NCBI RefSeq assembly: GCF_001644705.1 | Contig: NZ_CP015137.1 | Location: 870,001-902,000 of the forward strand | Direction of reading: 5' to 3' | Source of the DNA: Dickeya solani IPO 2222 | GTDB taxonomy: Bacteria > Pseudomonadota > Gammaproteobacteria > Enterobacterales > Enterobacteriaceae | DNA length: 32,000 bases | The notes under the pieces: model-generated | What the model saw: only the letters and a program-made list of their open reading frames with translations | What the model was told of the DNA's origin: nothing | Database searches by the model: none | Position numbers and translations under genes: made by a program | Shown: piece by piece, positions 19,440 through 32,000 of the stretch | Layout of the letters: each line of letters starts with the position of its first letter | Numbering within the stretch: position 1 is the first letter of the stretch

Positions 19440-20840
19440 ATGAAGACTAAAGCGATATTTATCGCCTCAGTCGTGCTTACAGGGTGCCAGGTGCCGCCTA
19501 ACGACACCTCCCAACCCAGGCAGCATGCACAGAGTCTGTCTTCGGCAGGTCAAAGTGAAGCAGGAAAGTACACAGATGGTCGAGAGGCCGGGGCGCGGTG
19601 GCTGGATGATGACAGCATCGCGCAGCGAGATCTGTGGAACTTCATTGGCGACGAGCTGAAGATGGAGGTTCCGGAAAACACCCGGATCCGCGAGCAAAAA
19701 CAGCGTTACTTGAAAAATAAGAGCTATCTCCACGATGTAACATTACGGGCAGAGCCGTACATGTACTGGATAGTCGGGCAGATTAAAGAACGTAAGATGC
19801 CGATGGAACTGGTACTGCTACCCATAGTGGAGAGCGCTTTTGACCCAAACGCCAGGTCATCATCCAATGCCGTAGGGCTTTGGCAGATTGTTCCTGGCAC
19901 CGGGCGCAATTATGGGTTGAAACATACCCAATGGTATGACGGGCGTCGTGATGTTGTCGCATCCACGACCGCTGCATTGGATATGATGCAGCGCCTGAAC
20001 CGCATGTTTGACGGCGATTGGTTACTGACCGTGGCTGCCTACAACGCGGGTGAGGGGCGAATCATGCAAGCGGTGAAAGCGAATAAAGCAAAAGGCCGTC
20101 CAATCAATTACTGGGCGCTAGCGTTGCCGTATGAAACGTCAACCTATGTGCCCAAGATGTTGGCGCTGAGCGATATTCTCAAGCACAGCAAAAAATACGG
20201 AGTTGAACTGCCGAAACCCAATGAGAATCGAGCTCTGGCACGAGTAGATCTGGGTCAGCAGATGGAGTTGACGCAAGCGGCTGAACTGGCGGGTTTGTCT
20301 GTCACCAAGCTGAAGAGCTACAACACGGGTTACACACGTGATGTCACTGCGCCGAATGGGCCGCATTACATTATGGTACCCAAGTCTCATGTGGGACAGT
20401 TGAAAGGCTCGCTGGCAGACGGTGACATTGCTGCCATCCAACCGGCTAAAGCTGTGTCGCCGGCAGTCACGACTCGCTCTGTAGGATACAAAGTTCGCTC
20501 TGGTGATACATTATCGAGCATCGCCAAGCGAATGAATGTCCGTACGCAGGATCTGCAAAGCTGGAATCGCCTCAAGGGCAACGCTCTGAAGGTGGGTCAG
20601 ACATTGCAGGTTGCTAAAGCAACAGTACCCGCGACGGCAGGTATCGTAGCAAGCAGCAACAAGTCGAACTCGATCGTTTATCAGGTTCGCAAAGGTGATT
20701 CGCTGGCAAGCATTGCCAAACGCCATGGCGTTAACATTGCTGATGTCATGCGCTGGAATACGGTCATCAAAGATGCCAACCTCCAGCCGGGCGACAGGCT
20801 GACACTTTATGTCACCGACAGGCAATCACCGGACTCCTGA
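19440..20840 (+). CDS. mltD: membrane-bound lytic murein transglycosylase D (lipoprotein with two LysM domains)
   Basis: 466-aa ORF. Lipobox VLTGC, SLT catalytic region LLPIVESAF, and two C-terminal LysM repeats (YKVRSGDTLSSIAKR..., YQVRKGDSLASIAKR...). Confidence 0.94.
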   Translation: MKTKAIFIASVVLTGCQVPPNDTSQPRQHAQSLSSAGQSEAGKYTDGREAGARWLDDDSIAQRDLWNFIGDELKMEVPENTRIREQKQRYLKNKSYLHDVTLRAEPYMYWIVGQIKERKMPMELVLLPIVESAFDPNARSSSNAVGLWQIVPGTGRNYGLKHTQWYDGRRDVVASTTAALDMMQRLNRMFDGDWLLTVAAYNAGEGRIMQAVKANKAKGRPINYWALALPYETSTYVPKMLALSDILKHSKKYGVELPKPNENRALARVDLGQQMELTQAAELAGLSVTKLKSYNTGYTRDVTAPNGPHYIMVPKSHVGQLKGSLADGDIAAIQPAKAVSPAVTTRSVGYKVRSGDTLSSIAKRMNVRTQDLQSWNRLKGNALKVGQTLQVAKATVPATAGIVASSNKSNSIVYQVRKGDSLASIAKRHGVNIADVMRWNTVIKDANLQPGDRLTLYVTDRQSPDS

Positions 20841-20851
20841 TACCGGTAAAT

Positions 20852-20881
20852 AAAAAAACCGCCATTTACGGCGGTTTTTTT
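20852..20881. terminator. bidirectional intrinsic terminator between mltD and yafD
   Basis: aaaaaaa-ccgcc-atttac-ggcgg-ttttttt: a GC stem flanked by A7 and T7 runs. Confidence 0.8.
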
Positions 20882-20898
20882 ATTTGTGCAGTTGGGGA

Positions 20899-21690
20899 TC
20901 AGGAAACATCGAATTCCACCAGCAAGGGGTTATGATCGGATGCGTTGGTAACCAGCACCGACGAATTTGCTACCCCCAACTCGCGATAAAAGATGAAATC
21001 CAACGGCCGGCCAAATGCGCGGCGCCGTTGATCATCAGAAAACACAACTTCTCCAAGCCCCATTCGATGGGCAAACCGATAAAGCGCGCTCACTCTGGGC
21101 TGACTCCAGGCATTAAAATCTCCCGCCATCACCACAGGTCCCTTGTGACGTTTCAGCTGTTCGCCAATAGTTTCAAGTTGTTTGGTATAGGCCTCAACGC
21201 CCAGGCTGAAATTGACCGCATGAATATTTATGACCATCAATAAACGCCCATCACTCAGTGAATACACCGTGATCAACGCTGATTTAGCCAGACGAATCAA
21301 CGGCTCTCTCTCACGCAACGGAAAGCAATACATCGGCTGGGCAGATGATAACGTCATCACACCAGAAGGATGAGAGGGAAGAACAAAAGCGGGTACTTGC
21401 TCGGCGGAAAGATAATGCGTAGTGGCAAAACGAATCAGTTCAGGACTTGATTGCGCTTCCTGCAACAGCATCAGTTGGGTGTTATCGCCAAAACTTTTCA
21501 GGACCGAGAGCCAATTCGTACGCTGTTGCTTAAAAATATTCCACACCATAACCCGCAAGCGATCCTCCGTTGGCATCAGAGGACCTGAAGATGCAGGCTG
21601 CTGTTTTAAATAATGCATTGCTGCAGGCGGAAAGATACGTTCGACAGGTTGCCCGGCAACGTACCTCATGGCATAGGTTTTCTTACGCAC
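20899..21690 (-). CDS. yafD: endonuclease/exonuclease/phosphatase (EEP) family protein YafD
   Basis: Homology to E. coli YafD begins at (V)[17 protein letters not shown] at 21690 is preceded by AGGAGcagt. The ORF-track start at 22035 runs through the tRNA-Asp gene and is not credible. An alternative ATG is at 21669. Confidence 0.88.
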   Translation of the reverse strand: MRKKTYAMRYVAGQPVERIFPPAAMHYLKQQPASSGPLMPTEDRLRVMVWNIFKQQRTNWLSVLKSFGDNTQLMLLQEAQSSPELIRFATTHYLSAEQVPAFVLPSHPSGVMTLSSAQPMYCFPLREREPLIRLAKSALITVYSLSDGRLLMVINIHAVNFSLGVEAYTKQLETIGEQLKRHKGPVVMAGDFNAWSQPRVSALYRFAHRMGLGEVVFSDDQRRRAFGRPLDFIFYRELGVANSSVLVTNASDHNPLLVEFDVS

Positions 21691-21724
21691 ACTGCTCCTG
21701 CTTATAACCGATGAACTGTTAATC

Positions 21725-21753
21725 GTTATAGGGTTTTTATCTTCGAGTTTCAA
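21725..21753 (-). promoter_or_regulatory. putative sigma70 promoter of yafD
   Basis: On the minus strand: TTGAAA (21753-21748), a 17-nt spacer, TATAAC (21730-21725), about 35 nt upstream of the GTG. Sequence match only. Confidence 0.35.
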
Positions 21754-21895
21754 TGGGTATAACTCGTCAGATGAAAAATTCGGTATCAAGGTTGAATAGC
21801 ATGTGATGCGGCAGGCAATGGCTTTAAAAAAATCGATTACGTTGTAAAAAACGATTACCAGCGTCAGAGAATAGTATTCAGCGATAACAGCAAAA

Positions 21896-21919
21896 AGCCC
21901 TGAGCTTATGCTCAGGGCT
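21896..21919 (-). terminator. intrinsic terminator of the rRNA operon/tRNA-Asp
   Basis: agccctgagc-ttat-gctcagggct: a perfect 10-bp stem. On the minus strand it is followed by ttttt. Confidence 0.8.
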
Positions 21920-21928
21920 TTTATATGT

Positions 21929-22005
21929 TGGCGGTGCGGACGGGACTCGAACCCGCGACCCCCGGCGTGACAGGCCGGTATTCTAACCGACTGAACTACC
22001 GCACC
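21929..22005 (-). tRNA. aspU: tRNA-Asp (GTC), distal gene of the rRNA operon
   Basis: Sequence identical to the copy at 16348-16424. It lies 64 nt downstream of the 5S rRNA. The symbol is given by positional analogy (rrn-distal, next to yafD). Confidence 0.95.
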
Positions 22006-22069
22006 ACCGATTCTGTATGTTATCAGAGGAGTCAATCCGATAACCGGTGTCTTATTACACCCTAATTTG

Positions 22070-22189
22070 ATGCCTGGCAGTTCCCTACTCTCGCATGGGG
22101 AGACCCCACACTACCATCGGCGCTACGGCGTTTCACTTCTGAGTTCGGCATGGGGTCAGGTGGGACCACCGCGCTCTCGCCGCCAGGCA
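22070..22189 (-). rRNA. rrf: 5S ribosomal RNA
   Basis: 120 nt. The reverse complement starts TGCCTGGCGGC... and ends ...GGGAACTGCCAGGCAT, nearly identical to E. coli 5S. Confidence 0.97.
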
Positions 22190-22295
22190 AATTCTTTTCA
22201 TTCCCGCCGTTACACTACCCGTGCAACCACAAGAACCAATCCTCGAACAAGCCAAATCGCTTTCGTCTCTCTCACCAAAACACCTTCGGTGTTGT

Positions 22296-25204
<2,909 letters not shown>

Positions 25205-25309
25205 TCACAACCCGAAAGTGTCTCGGGATGCGGGTATATTGAGAGACTCGACCAGCACACAAACTCACGCTTGCATGCCGTCGTTTCAAATTATTCAGCT
25301 TGTTCCGGA

Positions 25310-25321
25310 TTGTTAAAGAGC
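25310..25321 (-). promoter_or_regulatory. boxA antitermination element (16S-23S spacer copy)
   Basis: The minus strand reads GCTCTTTAACAA, the rrn boxA core. Confidence 0.7.
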
Positions 25322-25398
25322 AGATAACATAAACCTGACTATCTCTAATCAGTTTTAGGTTAGCGTTGACCGTGCCTTTCACCCACCGTCAGTCATAT

Positions 25399-25474
25399 TG
25401 GCGTCCCCTAGGGGATTCGAACCCCTGTTACCGCCGTGAAAGGGCGGTGTCCTGGGCCTCTAGACGAAGGGGAC
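25399..25474 (-). tRNA. tRNA-Glu (TTC), spacer tRNA
   Basis: The reverse complement is GTCCCCTTCGTCTAGAGGCCCAGGACACCGCCCTTTCACGGCGGTAACAGGGGTTCGAATCCCCTAGGGGACGCCA, identical to remembered E. coli tRNA-Glu. Confidence 0.97.
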
Positions 25475-25517
25475 ATCACTTGTCAGCTTCGCAAGACGCT
25501 TTTGACTCTTTCTTATC

Positions 25518-25535
25518 ATCAGACAATCTGTGTGG
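25518..25535 (-). repeat. distal arm of the 16S RNase III processing stem
   Basis: atcagacaatctgtgtgg is the perfect reverse complement of 27225-27242, and the two arms bracket the 16S gene. Confidence 0.8.
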
Positions 25536-25560
25536 ACACCACGCAGGCACTTCAACTCGG

Positions 25561-27102
<1,542 letters not shown>

Positions 27103-27224
27103 AAAGTTTGATGCTGCTTCCTAAGAAGCGGTGCCCAAAGAATTTACTGTTAGTTCATATGAATTAACTGTTGTCACTCTTCAAGACTTTCACATAATTT
27201 TTTAGTGAAGTGTCCTGCGAGTGC

Positions 27225-27242
27225 CCACACAGATTGTCTGAT
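27225..27242 (-). repeat. leader arm of the 16S RNase III processing stem
   Basis: ccacacagattgtctgat is perfectly complementary to 25518-25535. Confidence 0.8.
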
Positions 27243-27245
27243 TGA

Positions 27246-27257
27246 TTGTTAAAGAGC
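27246..27257 (-). promoter_or_regulatory. boxA antitermination element (leader copy)
   Basis: The minus strand reads GCTCTTTAACAA, immediately downstream of P2. Confidence 0.75.
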
Positions 27258-27296
27258 GGTGCGACCGGCTTGCAGCCTGCTGTCGCGAGGTGGCGT

Positions 27297-27324
27297 ATAC
27301 TACGCTTTCCTCCTGCAGAGTCAA
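27297..27324 (-). promoter_or_regulatory. rrn P2 promoter
   Basis: On the minus strand: TTGACT (27324-27319), a 16-nt spacer, TAGTAT (27302-27297). It is colinear with E. coli rrn P2 (TTGACTctgtagcgggaaggcgTATTAT). Confidence 0.7.
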
Positions 27325-27394
27325 CGACTTTTTTCTCGTTTTCCCTGCCTGACACCGCGCTGCGTTTCCGCTGTTGCCGTGTCAGTGGAGGCGC

Positions 27395-27445
27395 ATTATA
27401 GGGAGTTCTTCTGACCTGACAAGACTAATTTTCAAAAAAAAACGC
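27395..27445 (-). promoter_or_regulatory. rrn P1 promoter with UP element
   Basis: The minus strand reads tcTTGTCAggtcagaagaactcccTATAATgcgcctccactg. The -35 is at 27422-27417, the -10 at 27400-27395, with a 16-nt spacer and a GCGC discriminator. An A/T-rich tract (tttttttttgaaaatt) lies upstream. It is almost identical to E. coli rrnB P1. Confidence 0.85.
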
Positions 27446-27517
27446 AACCGCTCACATTTTGAACCAAAACCTCAATTAATGGCGATTTACCACCCATTCA
27501 GGCGATAAAAAAGACAA

Positions 27518-27539
27518 AAGCCCGGTATTAGCCGGGCTT
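27518..27539 (-). terminator. clpB intrinsic terminator
   Basis: aagcccgg-tattag-ccgggctt. On the minus strand it is followed by ttttgtctttttt. Confidence 0.75.
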
Positions 27540-27556
27540 CATCATAAGAGTAACGA

Positions 27557-30130
27557 TTACTGTCGAACGACAATCGCCTCGTCATCCGCATCCAAGGTAA
27601 CCGGCTTGCCGGGGACCAAAGCCCCTGACAATATCTGTTGCGCCAGCGGATTCTCGATCATCTGCTGGATGGCGCGTTTCAATGGACGGGCACCATACAC
27701 CGGGTCAAAACCTGATTGACCAATTAACTCCAGTGCCGCATCGGAAATCGTAACGCTGTACCCACGCTCTTCCATCCGTTTATAAAGACGTTGCAGTTGG
27801 ATCTGCGCAATTGAATTAATGTGGCTTTTACCCAACGGATGAAATACCACAACTTCGTCGATACGGTTGATGAACTCCGGACGGAAATGATGGCTGACGA
27901 CATTCAACACCATGTCACGCATCTGGTTGTAATTCATGTCACCAAACCGTTCCTGAATCAGATCCGAGCCCAGGTTGGAAGTCATGATAACCACCGTATT
28001 GCGGAAATCCACCGTGCGGCCTTGTCCGTCAGTCAGTCGGCCGTCATCTAACACCTGCAATAGAATGTTAAACACGTCGGGGTGCGCTTTTTCCACTTCA
28101 TCCAGCAAGATGACGGAATAAGGACGGCGGCGTACCGCTTCGGTCAGATACCCGCCTTCTTCATAGCCGACATATCCCGGAGGCGCCCCTACCAGACGGG
28201 AAACCGAATGTTTCTCCATGAATTCGGACATATCAATACGGACCATGGCGTCATCGCTATCAAACAAAAACGACGCCAATGTTTTACACAATTCGGTTTT
28301 ACCCACGCCGGTCGGCCCGAGGAACAGAAACGAGCCGATGGGACGGTTGGGATCTGACAATCCGGCACGGCTGCGGCGAATAGAATTGGCGACGGCTTCC
28401 ACCGCTTCGTTCTGTCCAATCACCCGCTGGTGTAACTCCTGCTCCATGCGCAACAGTTTTTCCCGCTCGCTTTCCAGCATCCGTGAAACCGGAATACCGG
28501 TCCAGCGGGCAAGCACGTCGGCAATCTCGGCATCCGTTACCCGATTACGAAGCAGGCGCATGGTTTTGCCTTCAACCTGTGTGGCGGCGGCCAGTTGTTT
28601 TTCAAGTTCAGGAATTTTGCCGTACTGTAATTCTGACATCTGGCCTAAATCACCCTGGCGCCTTGCCTGTTCCAGAGAAATTTTTGCCTGCTCCAGCGCC
28701 GCCTTAATATTTTGAGTGCCCGTCAGCGACGCTTTCTCTGCTTTCCACTCTTCTTCCAGTTTTGAGTATTCGCGCTCTTTTTGCTCCAGCTCGGTATTCA
28801 GAATCTCCAGGCGCTTCAGGCTGGCTTCATCAGACTCTTTCTTCAACGCCTGTTGTTCCAGCTTCAACTGGATAATCCGGCGATCCAGGCGGTCCAGCGG
28901 CTCCGGTTTGGAATCGATCTGCATACGGATACTGGATGCGGCTTCATCAATCAGATCGATCGCTTTATCCGGCAATTTCCGATCAGAAATGTAGCGGTGC
29001 GATAGCATAGCCGCCGCGACAATTGCTGGATCGGTAATTTGCACGTGATGATGCAGCTCATAGCGCTCTTTCAGACCGCGCAGAATGGCGATGGTATCTT
29101 CAACGGTCGGTTCGGCGACAAACACTTTCTGGAAACGACGCTCAAGAGCAGCATCTTTTTCAATGTATTGCCGGTACTCATCCAGCGTCGTCGCCCCGAC
29201 GCAGTGTAGCTCGCCGCGCGCCAGCGCAGGCTTGAGCATGTTGCCGGCATCCATCGCGCCATCTGCCTTACCGGCACCGACCATGGTGTGCAGTTCGTCG
29301 ATAAAGAGGATGACGTTGCCTTCCTGTTTGGACAGGTCGTTCAACACGCCTTTCAGACGCTCCTCAAACTCACCGCGATATTTGGCTCCCGCCACCAGCG
29401 CGCCCATGTCTAGCGCCAGCACACGTTTATTCTTCAGCCCTTCAGGGACCTCACCATTGACGATACGCTGTGCCAGCCCTTCGACAATCGCGGTTTTCCC
29501 GACGCCAGGCTCACCGATCAAAACCGGGTTGTTTTTGGTCCTGCGCTGCAGCACCTGAATAGTGCGTCGAATTTCCTCATCACGGCCAATCACCGGGTCC
29601 AGCTTGCCTTGTTCGGCACGTTCGGTGAGATCAATCGTGAATTTTTTCAGTGCCTGACGCTGGTCTTCGGCGCTCTGCTCGTTGACCTGCTGCCCGCCGC
29701 GAACCTGCTCGATAGCCTGAGTCACATTCTGTTGAGTGGCGCCTGCATTTTTTAACAGATCACCCAATGCGCCACGCGATTCAAATACCGCCAGCACGAA
29801 TAATTCTGAAGAAATGAACGTGTCGCCCTTTTTCTGCGCCAGCTTGTCGCAGATATTGAGCGTCCGTACCAGCTCGCTGGACGGTTGAACATCGCCACCG
29901 GTGCCTTCCACCTGTGGTAATCGGCTGATTGCCTGTTCAATTTCACTTTTAAGACGACTCACATTTGCCCCAGCTGCCGTCAACAACGGGCCGACGGTGC
30001 CCCCTTCCTGATTCAGAAGGGCACTCATCAAATGCAGCGGCTCAATAAATTGATGATCTCGTCCGAGGGCGAGAGATTGGGCATCAGCGAGGGCAAGCTG
30101 GAACTTGTTGGTAAGACGATCCAGACGCAT
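27557..30130 (-). CDS. clpB: ATP-dependent disaggregase ClpB (Hsp100)
   Basis: The homologous start [18 protein letters not shown] is at ATG 30130, preceded by GGGAGGAG (the ORF track opens 12 nt earlier). 857 aa, two AAA+ modules ([16 protein letters not shown]) and a coiled-coil M-domain. Confidence 0.97.
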   Translation of the reverse strand: MRLDRLTNKFQLALADAQSLALGRDHQFIEPLHLMSALLNQEGGTVGPLLTAAGANVSRLKSEIEQAISRLPQVEGTGGDVQPSSELVRTLNICDKLAQKKGDTFISSELFVLAVFESRGALGDLLKNAGATQQNVTQAIEQVRGGQQVNEQSAEDQRQALKKFTIDLTERAEQGKLDPVIGRDEEIRRTIQVLQRRTKNNPVLIGEPGVGKTAIVEGLAQRIVNGEVPEGLKNKRVLALDMGALVAGAKYRGEFEERLKGVLNDLSKQEGNVILFIDELHTMVGAGKADGAMDAGNMLKPALARGELHCVGATTLDEYRQYIEKDAALERRFQKVFVAEPTVEDTIAILRGLKERYELHHHVQITDPAIVAAAMLSHRYISDRKLPDKAIDLIDEAASSIRMQIDSKPEPLDRLDRRIIQLKLEQQALKKESDEASLKRLEILNTELEQKEREYSKLEEEWKAEKASLTGTQNIKAALEQAKISLEQARRQGDLGQMSELQYGKIPELEKQLAAATQVEGKTMRLLRNRVTDAEIADVLARWTGIPVSRMLESEREKLLRMEQELHQRVIGQNEAVEAVANSIRRSRAGLSDPNRPIGSFLFLGPTGVGKTELCKTLASFLFDSDDAMVRIDMSEFMEKHSVSRLVGAPPGYVGYEEGGYLTEAVRRRPYSVILLDEVEKAHPDVFNILLQVLDDGRLTDGQGRTVDFRNTVVIMTSNLGSDLIQERFGDMNYNQMRDMVLNVVSHHFRPEFINRIDEVVVFHPLGKSHINSIAQIQLQRLYKRMEERGYSVTISDAALELIGQSGFDPVYGARPLKRAIQQMIENPLAQQILSGALVPGKPVTLDADDEAIVVRQ

Positions 30131-30171
30131 AACTCCTCCCATACATACTGGTCAAAATTGCTACTGGAGAT

Positions 30172-30200
30172 TAAGTGAGGTCATCCCTCAAAAATTCAAG
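30172..30200 (-). promoter_or_regulatory. sigma32 heat-shock promoter of clpB
   Basis: The minus strand reads tCTTGAATttttgagggatgaCCTCACTTAatctccagtagc. It matches the sigma32 consensus CTTGAA-N13/14-CCCCATnT and the remembered E. coli clpB promoter almost base for base. Confidence 0.8.
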
Positions 30201-30265
30201 ATTATTTTGCCAGTAATAATAGAAGAAAAAACGTTAATCCCTCCGGATCGTCTTAATTCAATAGG

Positions 30266-30991
30266 TTATATCAGCCAAATCAAAGTTGCCATACGTCCGG
30301 TCGTTCCATCGCGCCGATAGGAGAAAAACCGGTCTGCGTCGCTGACCGTACAGTCATTGCCGCCGAACACCTGGCTAACGCCAGCGGCCTGTAAACGCAA
30401 ACGGGCCAACTGGTAAATATCGGCGAGGAATTTACCATTGCGGGGGATAAAAGCGCAATCGGCAGCGGGATCGCCCTGCATAAAAGCCTCTCGCACCTCA
30501 CCCCCGACTTCGAATTGCTGCGGGCCGATCGCCGGCCCCATCCATGCCAGAATGTCAGCCGAGCGAGCACGGAAATGACGTAGCGTCTGTTCCAGCACCC
30601 CAGCCTGCAAGCCACGCCAGCCGGCATGCGCCGCCGCAACTTCACTGCCGTCGGCGGAGCAGAACAGGACCGGCAGACAATCGGCAGTCATTACCGCGCA
30701 TACCCGATCCTTGCGGCTGGTATAGGCAGCATCGCCCGTCAGTGAAACTGGCGATGCCTGATCAAGGTTGATCACCTGTGTACCATGCACCTGTTCCAAC
30801 CAGTGCGGCATGACCGGCAATCCGGCCGCGGTGACCAGACGTCGCCGGTTGTCCTGCACATGCAGCGGATCGTCTCCCACATGATTACCCAGATTGAGCG
30901 AGTCATAGGGCGCGCCGCTGACGCCGCCAAGGCGAGTGGTGCTACAGGCCCGCACGGTCACCGGAGCAGGCCAGTCAGGTATTAACATCAT
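30266..30991 (-). CDS. pgeF: peptidoglycan editing factor / purine nucleoside phosphorylase YfiH family
   Basis: Homology to E. coli YfiH begins at MMLIPDWPAP (ATG 30991 or 30988); the ORF track opens at a TTG at 31021. VMTADCLPVLF and AAHAGWRGL motifs are present. It ends with TGRMATLIWLI. Confidence 0.9.
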   Translation of the reverse strand: MMLIPDWPAPVTVRACSTTRLGGVSGAPYDSLNLGNHVGDDPLHVQDNRRRLVTAAGLPVMPHWLEQVHGTQVINLDQASPVSLTGDAAYTSRKDRVCAVMTADCLPVLFCSADGSEVAAAHAGWRGLQAGVLEQTLRHFRARSADILAWMGPAIGPQQFEVGGEVREAFMQGDPAADCAFIPRNGKFLADIYQLARLRLQAAGVSQVFGGNDCTVSDADRFFSYRRDGTTGRMATLIWLI

Positions 30992-31010
30992 ATTGCCAGG
31001 CGCCATGCCA

Positions 31011-31988
31011 TCACCAGTCAAGTTGATCTTTAAACGCGACGGTATCCGCTTTCAATGCGGCAATCAGATCTACCATATCCTGCGGCAAGGGTGCATGCCA
31101 CTCCATCTCGATACCGCTGATAGGATGATAAAGACGCAACATGGTGGCGTGCAGCGCCTGACGATCAAAACTGCGCAGCGTCTCGATAAATGCCTCGGAA
31201 GCCCCTTTGGGCAGACGCGGACGACCGCCATACAGCGGGTCGCCCACCAGCGGGTGGTTGATGTGCGCCATGTGGACGCGAATCTGGTGGGTTCGGCCCG
31301 TTTCCAGCCGCAAACGCAGGCGGGTGTGTGCACGGAAATGCTCCATGATGCGATAGTGCGTCACGGCCGGTTTTCCCATCGGATGCACCGCCATGTGCGT
31401 GCGTTTGGTGGAGTGACGGGCAATCGGCTCCTCTACCGTACCGCCGGCAGTCATCGTGCCGATCGCCACCGCTTCATATTCACGGGTGATTTCACGCGCC
31501 TGCAGCGACTCCACCAGCCGGGTCTGGGCTGGCACAGTCTTGGCCACCACCATCAGACCGGTGGTGTCTTTATCCAGACGATGGACAATTCCCGCACGCG
31601 GCACATCGACAATCTCCGGATAGTGGTGCAGCAACGCGTTCAGCACGGTGCCGTCAGGATTACCGGCGCCAGGATGCACCACCAGATTACGCGGTTTATT
31701 GATCACCAGAATGTCCTCGTCTTCATAGACGATATCCAGCGAGATCGGCTGCGCTTCCCAGCGGGCATCTTCCTCGATCAAAGCATCAATAGCGACAGAC
31801 TCCCCGCCAAGCACTTTCTCTTTTGGTTTATCCACCATATTGCCGTTAATCTGTACCCGCTGTTCCAAAATCCACGTTTTTATGCGGGAACGTGAATAAT
31901 CAGGGAACAATTCGGCCAAAGCCTGATCTAAACGTTGTCCAAGTTGAGATTCGGCCACCGTCGCGGTGAGTTGTACTTGTTGGGACAT
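31011..31988 (-). CDS. rluD: 23S rRNA pseudouridine(1911/1915/1917) synthase
   Basis: 325-aa ORF with an N-terminal S4 domain (QRLDQALAELFPDYSRSRIK) and the catalytic HRLDKDTTG motif. Confidence 0.96.
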   Translation of the reverse strand: MSQQVQLTATVAESQLGQRLDQALAELFPDYSRSRIKTWILEQRVQINGNMVDKPKEKVLGGESVAIDALIEEDARWEAQPISLDIVYEDEDILVINKPRNLVVHPGAGNPDGTVLNALLHHYPEIVDVPRAGIVHRLDKDTTGLMVVAKTVPAQTRLVESLQAREITREYEAVAIGTMTAGGTVEEPIARHSTKRTHMAVHPMGKPAVTHYRIMEHFRAHTRLRLRLETGRTHQIRVHMAHINHPLVGDPLYGGRPRLPKGASEAFIETLRSFDRQALHATMLRLYHPISGIEMEWHAPLPQDMVDLIAALKADTVAFKDQLDW

Positions 31989-32000
31989 AGTATGTTGCTT

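Noticed and set aside
21691-22035. N-terminal 115 codons of the 378-aa ORF (yafD extension)
   Set aside because: The stretch reads through the tRNA-Asp gene and the rrn terminator. YafD homology starts only at the GTG at 21690, which has an AGGAG SD.
30936-31895. 319-aa ORF antisense to rluD. Similar cases are 13065-13730 opposite nrdI/nrdE, 5620-6120 opposite hpt, and 10895-11425 opposite speE.
   Set aside because: The reasoning is the same as for 1038-1916. These are shadow ORFs of well-supported genes, with a compositionally biased translation and no start context.

Overview
This window is core chromosome from an enterobacterial-type genome. The protein sequences look Pectobacteriaceae-like, but that is my impression only and I cannot verify it here. 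I call 29 protein genes with support, plus one speculative small ORF, one complete rRNA operon and two identical tRNA-Asp genes.

Gene order, left to right:
- pcnB' (3' end), folK, panB, panC, panD
- yadH and yadG (ABC-2 exporter, minus strand), can, hpt (minus)
- a roughly 4 kb non-core stretch: a GNAT acetyltransferase, a small secreted proline-rich protein, and a two-gene FbpBC-like ABC importer (minus)
- yacC, speE, speD, nrdHIEF
- tRNA-Asp (minus), dnaQ (minus), rnhA, yafS (minus), gloB, mltD, yafD (minus)
- tRNA-Asp, 5S, 23S, tRNA-Glu and 16S (all minus, with recognisable P1/P2 promoters, boxA sites and the 16S processing stem)
- clpB (minus, with a sigma32 promoter), pgeF/yfiH (minus), rluD (minus)

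I see no CRISPR array, IS element, integrase, prophage remnant or recognisable defence or toxin system, and I do not want to oversell the window.

Observations most worth a second look:
1. The ABC importer has no binding-protein gene, and its only ATPase has non-canonical signature (LSREQ) and H-loop (TSD) motifs. A 28-codon ORF with a strong SD sits just upstream of the SD-less permease.
2. Four blocks that are far apart in E. coli K-12 are joined here at a tRNA-Asp and inside the rRNA operon. This is either an rrn-mediated rearrangement or an assembly joint.
3. clpB codon 149, the internal GTG start of the short ClpB isoform in E. coli, is GTC here.
4. There is an abrupt G+C drop inside gloB.

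All homology statements come from reading the translations against remembered family sequences. No searches were run.
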